58,583 nucleotides of DNA, from the NCBI GenBank assembly GCA_015680685.1, contig MNCI01002245.1, positions 33,803 through 92,385 of the forward strand, read 5' to 3'. The translations under genes and the position numbers were made by a program. Below, one piece after another: positions 50,780 through 58,583 of this stretch. Origin of the DNA: Gnetum montanum. Its lineage: Eukaryota; Plantae; Gnetophyta. Position 1 is the first letter of the stretch; the number at the start of each line of letters is the position of its first letter. The notes beneath the pieces were generated by a model. That model was not told the origin of the DNA, searched no databases, and saw only the letters and a program-made list of their open reading frames with translations.

Positions 50780-53700
50780 TTGGGATGTTCATGTTACTAG
50801 TTAGCCTTGGTTCAAGGAAAGGTTTCAGTTATTGAATGTTGACTAGAAACCACTTATCTGGGCTAGAAGGATGGTAAATCATCATGACCTTGAAAGGAAA
50901 CATTACATGAATAATATACAGTCCTTCCCATAGTGTCTAAAATTTTGTGCATTGTGGTACATGCGTGGGATTCAAGTAAAGAACCTTAACTTCTACTTAG
51001 AATTTAAATTTTCTTATCCTTAAGTCATGATGTTGTTTGGTGTGTTACTTGTACACTTCTTTTATGGAAATGACTACTAATCAATTTTCTTCTAGCATAT
51101 TCAATGTCATTAATCATCATCTTTGTGCTAGACTCAAATTAAGATCAAGTTCACAAGTTGTTGAAAGTGCATGAAGCTCTACTTGAACTGGAAGAGTTGG
51201 TATTTTTCTGTATACTGATTCATAAGGGAAATAACTAATAGAAAATTTCTAACTTGATTAATAAGCCTAGAGAGCATCATTAAGTTTTATGCTTCAATCT
51301 CTCCTATATTTACTAATGGTATGTGTTAGTATCCTAATTATCTTCCTATTTGTAACTTCTACTGGATCGGTAACTTGAAGATGATATGGAGTTGTTAGTT
51401 TGTGTTCCATCCTTAAGTGTTGCATCAATTTCTAAAACGTTTCACCTTTGAAACATGTTCCATTGTCAGAAATAAGTATCCTTGGCACACCAAACCTATT
51501 TACCACATTCTATTATGCAAATTGTAACATTGTAGAGATGAATTATTGATGATAGTGGCAACTTTAACCCATTTAGTATAGTAGTGAACTACTACAATGA
51601 TGTACACCTTTTCATTGGACATGGGATTAATGGATCCCATAAAATCAATGCCCCAGAGATTGAAAGGCTCCAGTGGTTGAATCCACCATTGGAACCTTTC
51701 CACTCATACAGTCATTCCTCCATCTCATTGGCAATGTTCATAGGAATGGGAGAACTGATGAGTGTCCCTAAAGATGATTGGCCAGTAACATCTTTCCATG
51801 AGGATTTTAATGGTCATCCTCCTTTTAGCATAATGGCTCCTACATGGACCCTCATAAGCATCCTGGAGAATTCAAAGTTGATCATTATTGGTCATGCACC
51901 ATCTTACCAAGCCATCAACATATTCCTTGTAAAGGTTTTCCTTGATTTCCATGCATAGTTTGGCTTGATGAAGAAACTATTGTTTCTTTTTGGTATCCCA
52001 TTCTTATGGTGTCTCCTGAGTGAGTAGATCAAAGAGGAAGTTCTTGTACTAATCAGTACCTTTAGGACTTTGCATTTGAATAGTTTTGACAAAGAGAAGT
52101 TCATCTAGAAATTGGTTAGATAAAGGTCCCTCATCCTCTTTGTTATCCCATTGTAACCAAGACAATAGGTTAGCAACCACATTCTCAGTTCCCTTTCTAT
52201 CTACCAGGTTGAGATTGAGATCCTATAGAATTACTAGTTACCATATGACATAGGGGCTCACCATCACTATGATCTATGTGTACAAAAATTTAATATTTGA
52301 GCACATAGTTCCTGAATTTTTCTAAGGCATACACAACCACCATGAGCTTCTTCTCCATGGTGGTGTAGTTCAATTATGTTTCCACAATGCTTCAGCTTGC
52401 ATAATGAATGTAGTAAGGATGTTTTTGATTATCAAATTATGTAAGCACAATGCCCAAACCATAATTGGATGTATTAGTTATAATGCAAAATGGCTTGAAC
52501 TAGTCAAGAGCAAGTATGATTGGATTTTCTATAAGCTTCCTCTTTAACTATTGGAATTCATTCTTGCATTCCCTAGTCTAGGTGAAAGGTGCATTTTTCT
52601 TCATTAGCTCCATCAATGATTTATCAATTTTTGAGAAGTTCTAAATGAAGTGCCTACAATAACCAATGTGGCCAAGGAATGACTTTACATCTTTGACCAT
52701 GTTGAGTTTCCTAGTGATTCCTTGGATGACTTGTACTTTTTTGGGATCCACCTAAATCTCTTTTCATGAAATTCTATGCCTTAGCACAATGCCTTCTTGG
52801 ACCATTAGGTAGCTTTTCTACTAGTTAAGCTTTAGTTAGTCTCCACACATCTTTGAAGCACCTACTTAAGATGGTTAAAGGCTTGCTCAAATGTAGCATC
52901 ATCAATAGAGAATTCATCCATGAATAATTCTATCCCACTACCAATATATTACTAAAAGATATTGAGCACCAAGCATTAAAATGTAGCAGGAGCATTACAT
53001 AGGTCAAATGGCATGTTTTTATATGAAAAAGTTCCCCAGGAACTTGTGAATGTAGTTTTGAGCTAGTCCTCTAGTACAATCTGAATTTGGTTATAGCAGC
53101 TATAACTATCTAGAATGTTGTAATATGCCCTACTATGGTGTCCAATACTTGATCAACAAATGGAAATGAAAAATGATCCTTGAAGGTTGCCATGTTCAAT
53201 AGCTGAAAATCTATATAGACTCTCCATTTCCCCCCTTTCTTAGGTACAATAATGAGTGAACTAACCCATTCACTATCCATAATTGAGTAGATGAATCCAA
53301 CCTTGAGAAATTATTCAACCTCTTCTTTAAAAACCTACTTCAATCTTGGATTTAGTCTTTGTTGTAGCTATCTTTTTTGCTTGATGGAGAAACCTATATA
53401 GATGCAATGTTGGGATATCTATGAATCAATTCTTTTAAGTTTTTAATATGACCAAGTAGAGGTTTTTTTCTAATTTTTCACCACATTTAATAGCTTATGT
53501 TTTTGTTTTGGAGAGGGATTGACATTGATGATTACCAACTTTCCATTAGTAAGAAAAGAACATTTCATAGTTTCTAGTAAAGCTTTTAGTTCAAGGGGCT
53601 CTTGTTTAAAGTTATCAAGGATCTCCAACTCTCCTCAATCTATGTTACTTAATGTGTGTGAGAGTTGGCGATGGAGTTTCTCCATTTTATTTATGTTTTC

Positions 53701-56170
53701 AACAAAGGTGCTAGTGAGGCTCTCTGATGGTTATATGTACATGATGGATTTAGCTTGGTGATCTATTATCAACCACTAGGTATCCTCTTGTTTTGTGAAT
53801 GTTTCATACAAACACACTTAAATAACCACTATTTCAACACTTTGATTGAATGCTTGGAATGATGTATCTTTGACTGTCCATAGTTTTTGCATGCAATGCC
53901 ACCCTGTGTCACTATATATGATGCATGGAACCCTCTTCTTCTTCACTTTTACAAATCTATTTTCCTTGGATATTTCTAAGGAAAGATCTCAAATCCCCAT
54001 TCTGACATCTATGGTACTCAACTATGCCCTTCCCATGATGATAGGAAAGTACCCCTTATAATTTTTCACATGGATCATAAGGAAATTAGTAGGATAAGAC
54101 CACCCATATATGGTGGTCACAATGTCTTCCACTAGCTCTAGAGAAACACTGATGGACTAGTCTACTAGCTCAAGTTTGACGTTTCTCTTCTTCATAGGAA
54201 ATAGGTTTAAGATCTTATACATTTCTTGCAAGATTAATTTTATCTTGTAATTTAATAAAGCATTGCATGGTTCATTCCCTTTAATCTATAAATACATTAG
54301 AGGACTCTTAGGATCATATCATTTTCTAGAAAGGTGACCAATCTTGATCTAATTAGTGATTGCATGGGTCAACATAATAGTATGGATGTTGGAGGCTTTT
54401 TGACTTGAAGGTAGCTTGATGGTATTGTTAGAGATAGAGATGGTAGGGTTAACAACCCACACTTGCCTGTGTGGGTTTTATGGGGTTGTCATTTCTGAAT
54501 AATGGTATCTTATGAGGCTTTGTTTTAGAATCAATCATATGCATATCTTATTATAGATTTACTACCCTCATGGTGTTTTTACACTATGATTGTGGTGGAA
54601 TTTCATTTCCATGGATGGAGCATGTGATAAAGATGTAGTTGATTATGGTGCAAGTGTTGACAAATGATGTGAAGGTTGAAAAGGAAAAGGAGACTCCCCC
54701 TTTGAAGAAGATGCTTTGTAGTATTTTGGAGGGGAGTAATGGTAAGGCAAGGAAGCATGACTAGAGAAGTCACACGGAGACATAGGATGCTAGACATAAT
54801 AACTGTAATGGTTTGGCTATCCATAGGGATACTAATGCCCTCGTGGTGACATTCCCTATGATTGTGAGCATTTCTACTATTGATACTCCTCATAATATTG
54901 AGGAGGTACTTTACTTAGATAGTATGTTGATTGATGGAACTACTCCCTATAGTTGTCTTATGGATAAGGCAACTGTCTCAGTGCTTACCTTTTTAAAAAC
55001 TTGGGATTCAGTAAATACATCCTAGACTCTTGCAGATGTGATAGCACTAGGTAATGTTCCTTAGGATATTCATATGGGAAAATCTCAAAACTATCGTCAT
55101 CTATTTAAGAACTTGCAACCTCTTTCACAACTATAGCTTTTCCCTTGTTCTAATAATAACCCTGATCTATGTTCTTCTTTTTTCTTCTTTCTTGACCACT
55201 ACTTCCTTGGTTCTTTCATTCCTCTATAACTTTTAGAGCTTCTTAGAAATTCTCATCCAAGGAATCCCACATTTAATTCACCTTAGCCAATATCTCAATG
55301 ACATATTTCTATATCAATAAGTTCTTTCTTTATAGTATTTCATGAAGTTGTGCCTCCCCATTTTAGTCATAGAAATGTACCTCTCTTTTCCAAATAAAAG
55401 GGTTCCTGTTATACTCTTTTGCACTTTCATGCTTTCTCAACTCCCCTTCTTCTTTAGTCATCTAATTAATTATCCTTTGAATCTTACTAGCCTACATCTC
55501 AAAAAGTCTTCCCTGGGCATAAACCCCAAGGATTTTTCTTATTTCATTTTTGAGCCCATCTATGATATGGCAAAGCTATTCTCATTGGGTGTACCCATAG
55601 CCTAGGCATTAGTGTAATAAATAGTATTACCTAACGAATGTTGTATCCAAGGACTTATGATTTTGTTATTTCTAGCTTTAGATTTGCCTTTGTAAGTTGG
55701 ACACTCTAGAGTATGTTTAGTACTTATCATTACAGAGTTGCAACATAGTAGTCCACCAATAAATGGATTTTGATTCAAAGAATCAATACCAACTTTCTAC
55801 TTCAAAAATGAATTTCTATGGGAATAATGTCAAATTTTGTCATTCATTCTCTATGTTTTGCAAGGCACAAGCATCATGAAAGGCTTAAAGATAATTTTGT
55901 GAATCTGAGTTATATCCCCCTTCAAACCTGGAGGTATGATTCATATCTAGCCTCTTAATTCTTCTATCTTTTTTATGCCTTGTTAGTTTTTTGACTACCT
56001 TTGAAATGTTAAGCATATTTTGGGTAGTTAAAAAAGGCTCATCACAATCATGATGATCACGATGGCCATGTTCATGGCCATGATGTCTATGATGAGTTCT
56101 ACTATGCCTTCAATTCCTATCATCATTGTAGACTAGTGATGAGTATTCCTTCTTGTCATGTGGATGACCT
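50780..56170 (-). pseudogene. Athila B gag-PR-RT-RH-INT
   Basis: WGIDFMG...YYTKWV (INT), ENVVANLLS (RH), VPKKGGKW and DHF (RT), IIMGRA (PR), RFEGGYNSD (Gag). Confidence 0.88.
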
Positions 56171-56178
56171 AGGTTTGA

Positions 56179-56196
56179 TCCCTAGTAATGGTGCTA
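56179..56196 (-). promoter_or_regulatory. Degenerate tRNA-Asp PBS of Athila B
   Basis: TCCCTAGTAATGGTGCTA, 1 nt from the LTR. Confidence 0.8.
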
Positions 56197-56197
56197 A

Positions 56198-57058
56198 TGA
56201 TGAGTAGTAGGGATACCCTACACCCAACCATATGAATGAAAAGTATGTACTACTAATCTGGTAGAATTTCATGAACTTAGTTCCTAAGTTTGCCCATAGT
56301 CCTAAACTATGAGTCAAGGAGTTTCATGATTGTTGTCTTCCTAACTCATACTTGTGTATGCTATGTGTATAGTTAAATGTAAGTTAAGGTATATGATATT
56401 TTTTTTATTTATATTTTTATACTTTTTATCTTAATTTCCATATGGAAAACTAAATATTTAATGATTAATTATTTTAACTACCTAACTATTCTAAAGGCTA
56501 GCTATCTTAACATAAGTAGTCATTCCCACTTGTTACACATATCCCAAACTTGTATAAATGCTAGTGGGTTACCAAGTGATGATTAATGAGTGTCCCAAAT
56601 GGCCATTGCTAGGATTACCAAGCACAATAATTTATGCTCAATGCATTCATACTTATGTGTTCATGACTAATTACATTAAGTATTTATAACTTGGAATATA
56701 TAATGCATGGACAATAAAGTATTGGTAATGAAGATTAAGCTAATCCAAGTGCTACAATGAATGTCAAAAATCTTGACTTTATTGTCATGCACACCAAATA
56801 TTTTAGGTACATGGCACTTGAATAAAGTCCTATATAATCTCTTTCACTCACACTGTGGGCACTCAAAGGAAACTATTCTAACTCTAAGAAATACAAAATG
56901 CAAGGGCTTCACTATGCTATTCACACAATATATCATAATTGTGATTGGTGCACACATTTATATAGGTTGCACATACACTAGCATTTATGCATCTATGTCA
57001 ATGCATGTCACCATGCACCAATGCATGCCCATTGACACAACCTATTTATGATGCTTCA
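56198..57058 (-). mobile_element. 5' LTR of Athila B
   Basis: Colinear with 24568-25416. Confidence 0.9.
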
Positions 57059-58298
57059 TTAGAAGGTTATTGGAATTAGAAAAATTCACCTAGAGAATGC
57101 TTAATCCAAGTTCATGCTAAGAAGGTGAAACTTGATCATTATGATGGAGCCTTAGGATCTATAGGTTAAGCAAAATATTGGCTCGATACCTTAAAGAATT
57201 ATTTTGATGTGTTGAATTTACCAAGTTAGAAAATTTTAGAGGTGATCTCTTTGTACTTAAGAGGATTTTTTGCAACATGTGGGATGGGTTGAGATCTCAA
57301 GGATTAATTACAAACTAGCTTAACATTTTCCATGACATCAAATAAAAATTTGAACCTATTTCCTTCCTCAAGGAGCATAAGATGAAATTTAGCTTTATAA
57401 GATTGGGTTGACAATATATGGAAAATTATTACAAAAAGTTCTATGATCTTTCCAAGTATGTAAGTTATTAAGATGAAGATGAATTGGCTTTGAAGTTCAT
57501 AGGTATACTACATGGTGAATTACATCCCCAACCATGTGCCCATAATCCACAAATGATCAATGAAGCATATAAAATTACTAAGGACTATGAAGAATCAAAC
57601 CAAGTATGAACTACAACTATTCATTAAGCAATTGTGGAAGAGACACCTAACAAAAGAACTTGATTCTAATGTTTTACTTGCGATGAAGATTACTTCAATA
57701 AGAACTATCCAAAATTACGAGTAAGGATTCAAAGAAACAATTAAAATAAAAACCAAAAACCCAACACTACTATGGTCAATGAAAAAGAATAGTAACTACC
57801 ATGGTTGTGGTGAAGAAAATTTTAGCATTAGATAAGCTAGGTTTGAGGATTTTTCGATTTTCCTTCCTCATTTTTGAAGGATTAATTAAGGGTAAAAAAG
57901 TTAATTTTTTTATTGATAGTGTAGCAAGTGATTATTTTATTTTACTAACTCTAATTATGACATTAAATTTAGCCCTACCTTCCAAAAAAGTTGTTAAAGT
58001 AGAACTTGCAAATGGAACAACTATGAGTAAGCATACCAGGTACTGTGAAATTAAATGTTTGCTTCAAGAAATTTCTTTTGTTATTCAACTTTATGAATTT
58101 GATTTAGGAGACTTTGATGCAATCTTAGTAATGTATTTCCTACAAAAATATAGCGTTACCACCCATTTTGAAACTCTTGTTTTAAAAGTTTCAATCACTG
58201 ATGGAGCCAAGGTTCTAAGGGGAATAGGAATAATAAAGAAACTTCATACTATAGCTAATAAGTAAGCCAAGAAACTAGTCTAAAATAGTGTTACTATG
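57059..58298 (+). pseudogene. Chromovirus-like Ty3 gag-protease remnant
   Basis: KVKLDHYDG...W...LKNYF, a decayed knuckle CFTC at ~57670, and FFIDSVASDYFI...VELANG...FDAILVMYFL. Confidence 0.75.
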
Positions 58299-58583
58299 TG
58301 AAACACCGTGAAAATTACGGGTCGGCCTCAGGCAAAGGATCGCAATTCAAGCAAGAGCGCATTCCACCTTCGTTCCAGGACAAGTTTACGCTCTATTACG
58401 CACGGCAGCATGATACGTGTAATAAGCTCCAAAATAGTCAAAGGCAGAGTCTAAAGAAGCGCAACAGTTTGACGCTTTTTCCTCTCGACGCATGCATAAC
58501 TTGTTTTTACGCTCGATACGCAGCGGTGCGTATCATTACGTATGTTATCATTCAAGTTGCTCATCGTTTTACGCTTCATACGC
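58299..58583 (+). mobile_element. Start of a young Tat-like LTR (runs off the window)
   Basis: Begins TGAAACACC, the same 5' terminus as the old Tat LTR read on its own strand. Abrupt CpG-rich composition and TTTACGC motifs as in 2580-2890. Confidence 0.8.

Larger units (their letters stand above)
24568..57058 (-). mobile_element. Athila-like element B, full-length, split by the nested Tat element
   Basis: Direct-repeat LTRs at 24568-25416 and 56198-57058, tRNA-Asp PBS at 56179-56196, and gag-PR-RT-RH-INT on the minus strand. The TSD is weak (GAAGA/TTAGA). Confidence 0.85.

Overview
This is heavily methylation-decayed plant heterochromatin (pervasive C>T/G>A changes and Q/R/W codons turned into stops), probably from a large-genome vascular plant. 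No intact host gene is present. The window is a stack of nested Ty3/gypsy retrotransposons: four Athila-like elements or fragments (tRNA-Asp PBS seen on three), Tat/Ogre-like elements (tRNA-Asn PBS), a chromovirus-like gag-PR, and a solo LTR. Three things stand out. (1) A near-complete endogenous caulimovirid (MP-CP-PR-RT-RH plus a downstream ORF, 5452-13084) is bracketed by ~500-bp co-terminal inverted repeats of its own leader and is inserted in an Athila gag. (2) A full-length ~22-kb Tat/Ogre-like element (28563-50589, minus strand) has protease and RT separated by a ~10-kb apparent intron, which holds a ~185-bp tandem array and an antisense multi-exon gene whose introns are all phase 1. 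(3) A 5S rRNA internal-promoter fragment lies upstream of the chromovirus-like gag. All calls come from reading and translating by eye, and boundaries of degenerate regions are approximate.
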